NCBI GenBank assembly: GCA_965228895.1
Contig: OZ245842.1
Location: 3,712,001-3,776,000, forward strand
DNA from: Alphaproteobacteria bacterium
GTDB lineage: Bacteria > Pseudomonadota > Alphaproteobacteria > SP197
DNA: 64,000 nt
Reading direction: 5' to 3'
In this document: positions 56,422-64,000 of the stretch, piece after piece
How positions within the stretch are numbered: position 1 is the first letter of the stretch
How the letters are laid out: each line of letters starts with the position of its first letter
Program-made: the position numbers and the translations under genes
Notes under the pieces: model-generated
The model's input: only the letters and a program-made list of their open reading frames with translations
What the model was told of the DNA's origin: nothing
Databases searched by the model: none

Positions 56422-57675
56422 TCAACCGGCAGCGCGATAGGCGAGGTACTTGCGTTGCGTCGAAATATGGTCCGCCAGGTGTTTGGCGTCGTGCCAGACA
56501 CCCCAGATGAACGAGGATCCTCGCCGCGACAGCCACGGCAATCCCAGGAAATAGATCCCGGGCTCCGACGAAACACCGCGTTGATGCTGCGGTCGGCCTT
56601 TGTCGTCGAAGGCGTCCACGTTCAACCAGCTGAAATCGACGGCAAAGCCTGTCGCCCAGATGATCGTGCCGATGCCGGCATCTTCCAGGTTCAATTCGAG
56701 AATGGGATCGCTGACGCAGGCCGGGTCCGGATCGATCGTCCGGGCATCGGGCTCCTCGGGAAGGTCAAGACCGTTGCGGGCGATGTAAGCGTCGGCTTGG
56801 TCCAGGAGCGACAGGTAGTTGGCATCGCCTTGCGCAAGGTTGTCCGCAAGATCCGGGGCGAAGGTCAGCACGCCGTCCTCGAACGACTGTGTCACGCCCA
56901 GCAACGTCATGCCCTCTGCGGCAAGACGCCGGAAGTCGACCGTCTGGCCGCCGTGGGCGCCGCTCACCGAGATCGTCACATGCTCCGTGGCCGGATCGGT
57001 GACTTCGGCGTCCCACTTGCCGAGCACGCCCAACCACCAAACGAAGTCGCGTCCGCGATAGCTTCGTGGCGGACGGTCGTGTTTGCCGACCGACAGGTAC
57101 ACGCGCTTACCCGCACGCGAGAGTTCGTCGGCGATCTGCACGCCCGACGATCCCGCGCCGATTACCATAACGGCGCCCTCAGGCAACTGATCGGGATTGC
57201 GGTAGGCGTTGGAGTGGATCTGCAGGACGCCGGCATCGTCGGGAACAATGGCCGGAATGACAGGACGCTGGAACGGTCCGGTGGCGGCGACCACGTAGCT
57301 GGCTTCGATCGCGCCATCCGACGTTTCGACACGGAAGCCGGGCCCGCCGGCATTGCGCCGCACGTCCTTAACCTCAACGCCGCAGCGGATCGGGGCGTCG
57401 ATCATCTCTGCGTACGCCACAAAGTAGTCGGCAACCTCCTCCTTAGGGGCAAAGGCATCGGGTCCGGATTCGGAGAAGACCATGCCCGGAAACCGGTCAT
57501 GCCAGGCCGGACCATTGGCGACCAGGGAGTCCCATCGTTCCGAACGCCAGCGCTCGGCAATGCGATGGCGCTCCAGAACGAGATGCGGCACGCCGCACGC
57601 GCTCAGATGCTCGCTCATGGCCAGGCCCGCCTGGCCGCCGCCGACAACAAGTGCTTCTACGCTTTCAACGGCCAT
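56422..57675 (-). CDS. Flavin-dependent monooxygenase/oxidoreductase (FMO/CzcO-like)
   Basis: GGGQAGL, WRSERWDSL, HSNAYRNP, GAGSSG and IWATGF. Confidence 0.88.
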   Translation of the reverse strand: MAVESVEALVVGGGQAGLAMSEHLSACGVPHLVLERHRIAERWRSERWDSLVANGPAWHDRFPGMVFSESGPDAFAPKEEVADYFVAYAEMIDAPIRCGVEVKDVRRNAGGPGFRVETSDGAIEASYVVAATGPFQRPVIPAIVPDDAGVLQIHSNAYRNPDQLPEGAVMVIGAGSSGVQIADELSRAGKRVYLSVGKHDRPPRSYRGRDFVWWLGVLGKWDAEVTDPATEHVTISVSGAHGGQTVDFRRLAAEGMTLLGVTQSFEDGVLTFAPDLADNLAQGDANYLSLLDQADAYIARNGLDLPEEPDARTIDPDPACVSDPILELNLEDAGIGTIIWATGFAVDFSWLNVDAFDDKGRPQHQRGVSSEPGIYFLGLPWLSRRGSSFIWGVWHDAKHLADHISTQRKYLAYRAAG

Positions 57676-57851
57676 TTCCGAATCCTTTGCTGGCATGACG
57701 GGTGTCTCACCCGTTCAAGCGCAGCCTATGGAATTTACTGGATCAGAAAAATATTTCTTATTGATGATTTGAATCGGTTTTTCCTAATACAAAAAATGGA
57801 CCTCGAAGTGCTGATGCGCGACAGCTTGCGGCGCGATGACCGCCGCATGGC

Positions 57852-59255
57852 TTACGTGACGAAGTCTCGGATGCTCTGAACGAACTTCGGGAAATCCGGC
57901 TCGTTCTCAAAGATCATGTGGTTCTTGCTATGTAGCATGACGAACTGGGCGTCCGGGATGCGCGACGCCAGGAACTTGCCCTCCGACAGCGGCGCCACCG
58001 AATCTTCATGGCAGTGCAGGATCAGCGTCGGGACACGCACCTGGTCCAGAAGCTCGGAGATGTCGAGCGCGTCGAACATCGCGCGAAAGCCCGCCATGTT
58101 TTCACCGGGCCCACAGGTCCTCTGAAACTCATTGAACCACGCGGCCTCTTCACCGCTGGCGTCCGGCATGAAGAGCGATGTCATGTATTGCCGAAACGCC
58201 GGGTTGTCGGCGCCCCACCGCTGCCTGATCAACGTCACCAGGGCCTCGCTTTCGGCGTCGGCGCCGGGCTCGCCGCGATGGCGCCGGCCCCGGGCATAGC
58301 CGCCATGCAGGACAAGATGCGAGACACGGTCGGGGTGGCGCACCGCATACGCGATCGAGACCGAGGCCGCCTGCGAGGTCGCGAATATCGCGACCTTCTC
58401 ATAGTCGAAACGATCGACCACACGTTCGAGGTCGTCGACCATCTTGTCGAACGACATCTCGACATTGTCCCAGTCGGACATGCCGTTACCGCGTTGATCG
58501 AAACGTAAGAGGTGAAAGCTCTTTGAAAGATTGGTCAGAAAGTACCGCATGATCGGACTTTCCCAATCCTTCTCCAGGTGCGTCATCCAACCGCCCATGA
58601 GGACCATAGGATAACCCTCACCGACATCCGCATAGGCAATGCTGACGCCATCGCTCGATTGCAGATAACGAACGGTGCTCTGGTCGGACAGGCCGTAACT
58701 GTCCGATTTGGCTGGCCTATCGCCGTCGACATCGGCGACCAGGTAAGCGTGGACCGACTTCGAGAGGTTCTTCAGCCGCTGCGGACCGAGGTCTTCGAAC
58801 CGAATGTCCGCCTCCTGGCCAAGAGCATCCTTAACGACCTCCGATACACAGATGCGTCCCGGCGGCGCGATGGCTTCCAGGCGCGCGGCGACGTTGACGC
58901 CGGCGCCCAACAGATCGCCGTCCTGTTGGACGACGTCGCCGAGGTTAACCCCGAGGCGGAAGACAACGCGCCGGTCCTCAGGCACCAGTCGGTTGCGTTC
59001 GGCCATGCCGCGCTGGACCTCAACGGCGCAGCGCAGGGCGTCTGAAACACTCGGGAACTCGATCAGGAGGGAATCGCCGGCGGTGTTGGCGATGCGCCCG
59101 CGATACGCGGCGATCTTGGGATCGATAAACTCGCTGCGATGCGCGCGCAACGATGCGAGCGTGCCGGCCTCGTCGGCCGCGGTCAACCGGCTGTAACCGG
59201 CAACATCGGCCGCGACGATCGTCGTCAGTTTCCGACTGTGCTCTTCGCCCACCAT
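57852..59255 (-). CDS. Class III cyclase fused to C-terminal alpha/beta hydrolase domain
   Basis: AADVAGYSRL, NTAGDS and GVNVAARLE; then FDQRGNGMSD, ATSQAA and SKNH. Confidence 0.88.
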   Translation of the reverse strand: MVGEEHSRKLTTIVAADVAGYSRLTAADEAGTLASLRAHRSEFIDPKIAAYRGRIANTAGDSLLIEFPSVSDALRCAVEVQRGMAERNRLVPEDRRVVFRLGVNLGDVVQQDGDLLGAGVNVAARLEAIAPPGRICVSEVVKDALGQEADIRFEDLGPQRLKNLSKSVHAYLVADVDGDRPAKSDSYGLSDQSTVRYLQSSDGVSIAYADVGEGYPMVLMGGWMTHLEKDWESPIMRYFLTNLSKSFHLLRFDQRGNGMSDWDNVEMSFDKMVDDLERVVDRFDYEKVAIFATSQAASVSIAYAVRHPDRVSHLVLHGGYARGRRHRGEPGADAESEALVTLIRQRWGADNPAFRQYMTSLFMPDASGEEAAWFNEFQRTCGPGENMAGFRAMFDALDISELLDQVRVPTLILHCHEDSVAPLSEGKFLASRIPDAQFVMLHSKNHMIFENEPDFPKFVQSIRDFVT

Positions 59256-59471
59256 AAACGCCCCTGACCTCTCACCAGGGGAGCCTAGCAGCCGCGCAAC
59301 TGGGGCACCACTTGCCTCCTGAATGCCGAAGCGATCTGAGCGGCAACGATACTGAGGAAGTCGACCATACGGTCGGCATAGCGATTTTGTGCGCCAAGGC
59401 CCAGCATTTCTGCGGGAGCTTAGGTCACGGAAAGGAACAGCTCTTGTGCATTTGGTGGATGACGACTTTTG

Positions 59472-60179
59472 TCAGTTCGTAGAGTAGACGATCTCTACCC
59501 GTCTGTTCGCCTGCCTTGCGTCGGGTAAGTCACGACCTTCGGCATCCTGTTCTGCCAATAGGGGTTCATCCGCACCCACACCGGCGACCTGGAAGTCGAC
59601 ATCAGCGAGGCCACCTTCATTGACCAACCAATCTCTGACAGCCGTAGCACGGCGCAGAGATAGGTTCTTGTTGTAGTCGGGTGTACCAATTCCATCCGTG
59701 TGTCCGACGATCGTAACCGTCGTCGCACCTGCTTCCTTGATCATCAAAGCGGTTTCCATGAGATACGCCATGGCTGCTCCGCTAATCTCCGCAGAGTCGA
59801 ACGCAAACAGCATCTCCGACGACATGCTGATCATCGTGGAACCGTCAAGACGCATGATGATGCTGCTGCCCGGGACAATGTAGGCATTGCCGATGCGGTC
59901 GTAGCACTGGGTGCTCTCGACCATGACGGGGGTATGGTCGTCCATATCGGTGTAATCAAACACCCGGTGGCAATCGAAACCGGATGCCATCGAACCGTTG
60001 GTGTAACCGCGCCAGTTGGTATGTCCGTACTCGCTACCCAGCCCATAGCCGTAGGAATCGCTGTTGCCGTAGGTGGACCAGGATATGACCTTGGTTTCGT
60101 CCGATGACGCGACCGCTGGCAAGAGAAGCAGCGAAACAAGCCCTGCCGCAAAAGACATGGAAAGACGTTTCATCATCAT
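59472..60179 (-). CDS. Exported protein with C-terminal OmpA-like peptidoglycan-binding domain
   Basis: Signal peptide; LFAFDSA, IVGHTD..G...YN..LS.RRA and NRRVEI. Confidence 0.85.
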   Translation of the reverse strand: MMMKRLSMSFAAGLVSLLLLPAVASSDETKVISWSTYGNSDSYGYGLGSEYGHTNWRGYTNGSMASGFDCHRVFDYTDMDDHTPVMVESTQCYDRIGNAYIVPGSSIIMRLDGSTMISMSSEMLFAFDSAEISGAAMAYLMETALMIKEAGATTVTIVGHTDGIGTPDYNKNLSLRRATAVRDWLVNEGGLADVDFQVAGVGADEPLLAEQDAEGRDLPDARQANRRVEIVYSTN

Positions 60180-60471
60180 GGCATCCTCATGAACGCGAGC
60201 CCGAAGACCGTGACGAGCTATGACGCCCGTATCGGCAGGCACGTTGCAGGTCGACCACCGGCCGGACCAGAGACCGAACATCACACCGTCCGCGCCGACG
60301 CCGATCACACACGCCTGTTGGAAATTTTCAATGAGGCACAGGCCAAAGTCCAGGCGTAGCTTGCCGGAGATGGCCATCTCATAGGAGGTAGGGCCTCTCG
60401 ATAGGGCTAACATTTCGCCGCCTGCGGCAACTCAGAGCGATGATCCTGCCGCACGGAGTTGGTCCACCGTT

Positions 60472-60591
60472 CGCCAGCACTTCGCTTTGGGCGTCCACCC
60501 CGGGCTCGCCAGGATGGCGTCGGTCCTCGGGAACAGGCCGATTACGTTCCGCCATGCCGCGCTGAACATCGACGGCACAGCGCAGCGCTTC
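60472..60591 (-). pseudogene. Internally deleted relic of a cyclase-alpha/beta-hydrolase gene (paralog of 57852-59255)
   Basis: Translates EALRCAVDVQRGMAERNRPVPEDRR|HPGEPGVDAQSEVLA, matching two segments that lie 229 codons apart in the intact gene. Confidence 0.85.
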
Positions 60592-60620
60592 CGGACCGGG
60601 TTTCTCTCCGTCACTGCCGG

Positions 60621-62369
60621 TTACTCCGGCAGTCCTGCCTTCTGCAACCCATTCAGGCAGTGCTCCAGGCGGCTCCGATCACGATAGGGCAAAAGGCGCT
60701 GCGCGGAGTTCAACGTCATGGCCGGATTGAGGCGGATGAGTTCGGCGGCTTCGGCCCGTGCTTCGGAATTGCGTTCCTGATCGGCGTACGTAACCGCCAG
60801 ATAGAAATGATTGGGCATGAACTGGGGCGATCTGGCGACGCCTCGACGAAATGCCGCAAGCGCTTCGTCCAATCGTTGAGCCTCGAAAAACGCCAGGCCG
60901 TGAACGAAATGATACCAGTGGGGATGATGGGGGTTCAGGCGCATTGCCTTTTCCACGGCCGACAGCGCTTCTACTGGACGGCCTGCCCAACTCAGCGTCA
61001 TCGCGTGAATGGCGTGCGTGTCGGAGTCGTTGGGGTCAAGTGCCAGTGCCCGCTCTCCCGACGCAATCGCCTTGTCGTGTTCCTTCTTCCACAGGTAAAG
61101 ATGCTCAAGAATGGCATGCGCGAACGCCAAGCCACTGTTGATCTCGGTGGCTTTGAGGGCCAATGCCTCGGCGCGATCCAGCGTCTCTTCCGGGTGCTGC
61201 TTCCAGCCCTGGTTCCATTCTTGAACGTAGGTATTGGCCAGGCGCGTGTAGGCTTCGGCGTAGTCGGGATCAAGGGCAAGTGCGCGTTCGCACAGTTCGC
61301 GAACCTTGGCGTTCGCTTCCACCGTAACACGCTGGCTATACTCGATCGCTCGCAGTACGCAATCGTAAGCCTCAATCGATTGCGGTGTCTGTCGCTCGGA
61401 CCGGACTTCGGCGGGTCTTTGGAGCCGGCTTTGCAGCGCTTCGGTTATCTGTTCGGTAACATCGTCTTGAACCGCGAAGATGTCATCCAGCTCTCGATCA
61501 TAACGTTCGGCCCAGACATGGTTGCCGGTCGTCGCCTCGACAAGCTGCGCGGTGACACGCACCCGATTGCCCGCCTTGCGGACGCTGCCCTCGACCAAAT
61601 GGGCGACACCGAGATCGCGGCCGATCTCCTGGACCTTCAGCGATTTGCCTTTGTAGGAGAACGATGAGTTGCGCGCGATGACGAAGAGGTCGCCGATGCG
61701 ACTGAGCTCGGTGATGATGTCTTCGGTGATGCCGTCGGAAAAATACTCCTGCTCGGGATCGCCAGACATGTTGGTGAACGGCAAGACGGCGATGGAGGGT
61801 TTGTCCGGCAGCGGCAGAGCCGCCGGTTTCGCCGGGGCAGAAGCTGCTTCCAAGGGGTCTGCAGAAACCCGATAGACCTGGACTGGTTCAGCGACGTTCT
61901 TCAGGTCATGCTCGCCGAGATCGTCGAACCCGAAGTCCAGTTTGCCCTTTGCGTGCCTGTGGGCATCGCCGGAAAGGTAGACACCACCTGGCTCGGCCAA
62001 ACTCTCGATGCGCGCGGCGATGTTGACACCGTCACCGTAGATATCGTCACCCTCGACGATCACATCTCCCAGATTGACGCCGATGCGGAACGTCAGGCGC
62101 CTCCCCTCATCCACAGCCGCCTGATGCGACGCCACGCAGTCCTGCCAAGCCTGCGCACAGGCAAGGGCGTCGACCACACTGGCAAACTCGACCAGCAGGC
62201 CATCACCAATGAGCTTGAAGATGCGGCCATGATGTTCGGCAATGAGCGGCTCCAGGTTCTGTTGCCGCAGCTCGGTCAGGCGTTGGAGCGTACCCGCCTC
62301 ATCAGCCCCCATAAGGCGGGTAAAGCCGACCACGTCGGCAGCAAGTATGGCGGATAGCCGACGTTCCAT
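60621..62369 (-). CDS. Class III adenylate/guanylate cyclase + TolB-like domain + TPR
   Basis: AILAADVVGF, KLIGDG, DIYGDGVNIAAR, PDKPSIAVLPF and TPRs. Confidence 0.92.
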   Translation of the reverse strand: MERRLSAILAADVVGFTRLMGADEAGTLQRLTELRQQNLEPLIAEHHGRIFKLIGDGLLVEFASVVDALACAQAWQDCVASHQAAVDEGRRLTFRIGVNLGDVIVEGDDIYGDGVNIAARIESLAEPGGVYLSGDAHRHAKGKLDFGFDDLGEHDLKNVAEPVQVYRVSADPLEAASAPAKPAALPLPDKPSIAVLPFTNMSGDPEQEYFSDGITEDIITELSRIGDLFVIARNSSFSYKGKSLKVQEIGRDLGVAHLVEGSVRKAGNRVRVTAQLVEATTGNHVWAERYDRELDDIFAVQDDVTEQITEALQSRLQRPAEVRSERQTPQSIEAYDCVLRAIEYSQRVTVEANAKVRELCERALALDPDYAEAYTRLANTYVQEWNQGWKQHPEETLDRAEALALKATEINSGLAFAHAILEHLYLWKKEHDKAIASGERALALDPNDSDTHAIHAMTLSWAGRPVEALSAVEKAMRLNPHHPHWYHFVHGLAFFEAQRLDEALAAFRRGVARSPQFMPNHFYLAVTYADQERNSEARAEAAELIRLNPAMTLNSAQRLLPYRDRSRLEHCLNGLQKAGLPE

Positions 62370-62503
62370 GCCCGATCTCCCTCGGCCAGAAGACTATCGG
62401 AGGCGGATCTGCGAATCCATTGCACGGATCGAGCGCAAGTATGATTGGTCCTGGCGGTCGACCGCGGGGAGGCGTGTCTGCTTTCCAAAAAATCCCCTGT
62501 TTC

Positions 62504-62530
62504 TGTCACATCCGTTGCTCCTGTCTCGTC
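62504..62530 (+). promoter_or_regulatory. ECF41-type promoter TGTCACA-N16-CGTC
   Basis: Exact match to the known ECF41 consensus, upstream of the operon that encodes the ECF41 sigma factor. Confidence 0.85.
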
Positions 62531-62552
62531 TTGGAGGCGAGAGGAGAACGTC

Positions 62553-62942
62553 ATGATGCTCAAACGCGTGATTCTGGGGGCGAACGGCCTGTTCGCCGTT
62601 GTGAACGGCGCCTTCATGATGGCCGCGAGCGAGGCCTGGTTCGCCACGATCGCTGCCTATACGGGCCCGTTCAATCACCATCTGGTTCAGGACGTCGGCG
62701 CCGCCTTTGTCGTCGCCGGCCTTTCGCTGTTGGCCTGTCTGTGGCGGCCTTGGCTGTGGCCCGCGGCGATGGCCGGCGTTGGGTTCCTGTTGAGCCACGG
62801 TCTCATTCATCTGGCGGACATTCTTACCGGGCATGTCCATCACCCGTTGAGCGACATCTTCATTCTCACCATCCCGGCGTTGCTCTCGCTTTGGGCGGCT
62901 TGGCCGGCGAACGCACAGCCAAAGGAAAAACGTTATGTTTAG
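62553..62942 (+). CDS. Membrane protein
   Basis: Four TMs; GPFNHHLVQDVG; GAGGAG RBS. Confidence 0.75.
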   Translation: MMLKRVILGANGLFAVVNGAFMMAASEAWFATIAAYTGPFNHHLVQDVGAAFVVAGLSLLACLWRPWLWPAAMAGVGFLLSHGLIHLADILTGHVHHPLSDIFILTIPALLSLWAAWPANAQPKEKRYV

Positions 62943-63480
62943 GAAACTCGCCAGACATATGGTTCTGAAGTTTGGAGAACGCTACGACTATGATGTCGCT
63001 TACATGCTGCACATGCTGGAGACGACACCGGACGTGATGAACGCGTTCAACGCGCGGTCGAAACTCGACAGCTGCAAGAAGTGGACGACCGCGAACGCGC
63101 GTATGGCGGCAAAACTTGTCGGCGCGCTGAACGAGGATTGCGGCCCGTGCATCCAACTGGCGGTCGACATGGCGCGTGAAACCGGCGTGGCCTCGGGTGA
63201 GATCGAAGCGGTCCTGACCGGCGATCGGTCCGCCATGTCGTCCGATACGGCGCTCGGCTATCGCTTTGCCTCGGCCATCATCGCGCGCTCAAACGAGGAA
63301 GACGCGGCGCGAGAAGCGGTACGCAGCGTCTATGGCGATGCCGGCGTCATCGAGTTGACCCTGGCGACCCAGGTCGCAAGGTTGTTTCCCATGGTCAAGA
63401 CCGGGCTCGGCTACGGCAAAAGCTGCGGCCGGATCGATCTCGGCGAGCGGGCGGTCACGCCCGCCAAAGAGGCGGCATGA
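62935..63480 (+). CDS. AhpD/CMD-like protein
   Basis: EDCGPCIQL CxxC motif; typical ECF41 partner. Confidence 0.75.
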   Translation: MFRKLARHMVLKFGERYDYDVAYMLHMLETTPDVMNAFNARSKLDSCKKWTTANARMAAKLVGALNEDCGPCIQLAVDMARETGVASGEIEAVLTGDRSAMSSDTALGYRFASAIIARSNEEDAAREAVRSVYGDAGVIELTLATQVARLFPMVKTGLGYGKSCGRIDLGERAVTPAKEAA

Positions 63481-64000
63481 GCACCGATCAAACCGCTCTG
63501 GAAGCGGCGTTCGAGGTCCAACGCGGGCGGTTGCTCGGGCTTGCCTACCGCATGCTCGGCAGCCGCGCCGATGCCGAAGACATCGTGCAGGAGACGTGGC
63601 TTCGGGTTTCGTCGTCGACGACACAGGTGAAAAACGCGGAAGCCTTTCTGGTGACGGTGGCGACGCGGCTCTGCCTCGACCAGTTGAAATCCGCGCGGGC
63701 GCGGCGCGAAAACTACGTGGGCCCCTGGCTGCCGGAGCCCGTGTTGTCGACGGAGGAGTTTTCACCGGCGGCCGCGACGGAGCTGGCAGACGATCTGTCG
63801 TTTGCCCTTCTTCTGACGCTCGAAACGCTCACGCCGCCCGAACGCGCGGCGTTCCTGTTGCATGATGTGTTCGATCTGCCGTTCGCCGACATCGCCGAGA
63901 CGCTCGGCAAGAGCGAGGCGGCCTGCCGGCAGCTTGCCACGAGGGCGCGCAAAGCCGTCAAACACCGGCGCCCTTCTCAGCCCGCGCCGCCTGAAGCGCA
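63477..64000 (+). CDS. sigJ: ECF41 (SigJ-like) RNA polymerase sigma factor, 3'-truncated by window edge (absent from ORF track)
   Basis: MSTDQ...LAYRMLGSRADAEDIVQETWLR...YVGPWLPEP...LETLTPPERAAFLLHDVF; ATGA overlap with the upstream gene. Confidence 0.9.
   Translation, partial: MSTDQTALEAAFEVQRGRLLGLAYRMLGSRADAEDIVQETWLRVSSSTTQVKNAEAFLVTVATRLCLDQLKSARARRENYVGPWLPEPVLSTEEFSPAAATELADDLSFALLLTLETLTPPERAAFLLHDVFDLPFADIAETLGKSEAACRQLATRARKAVKHRRPSQPAPPEA

Noticed and set aside
56353-57879. 508-aa plus-strand ORF
   Set aside because: Antisense shadow of the flavin monooxygenase gene.
60459-61667. 402-aa plus-strand ORF and the 60-aa minus ORF at 60432-60614
   Set aside because: The first shadows the cyclase-TPR gene; the second is an off-frame reading across the pseudogene relic.
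1-64000. CRISPR arrays, tRNA/rRNA, transposases, prophage and known defence systems
   Set aside because: No spaced repeat arrays or recognisable hallmark genes found by eye.

Overview
GC-rich, gene-dense window that looks like a free-living alphaproteobacterium (an inference from gene families and codon style). I annotated about 64 coding regions and found no rRNA, tRNA, CRISPR array, transposase or integrase. Most genes concern amine, polyamine or methylamine uptake and oxidation: a GmaS/GlnT-like ligase, two flavin amine oxidases, a TMADH-like flavoenzyme, three orphan PotD-like binding proteins, tandem PhyH dioxygenases and a ureohydrolase. There are also many TetR/LysR/GntR/MarR regulators with visible operators, a Gtr-type glycosylation cassette, an alternative-oxidase operon, an ECF41 sigma operon with its promoter, and an expanded set of class III cyclase/TolB-like/TPR signalling proteins. 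The strongest novelty candidates are three. (i) A TetR-controlled operon whose Rieske-oxygenase homologue has lost two of four canonical [2Fe-2S] ligands, next to an MAO homologue lacking its aromatic cage. (ii) A head-to-head pair made of a catalytically degenerate membrane-anchored pseudo-cyclase-TPR and a kinase-like-TPR protein. (iii) An unannotated 120-bp internally deleted relic of the cyclase-hydrolase gene. All family assignments come from motif recognition by eye; no database searches were run.
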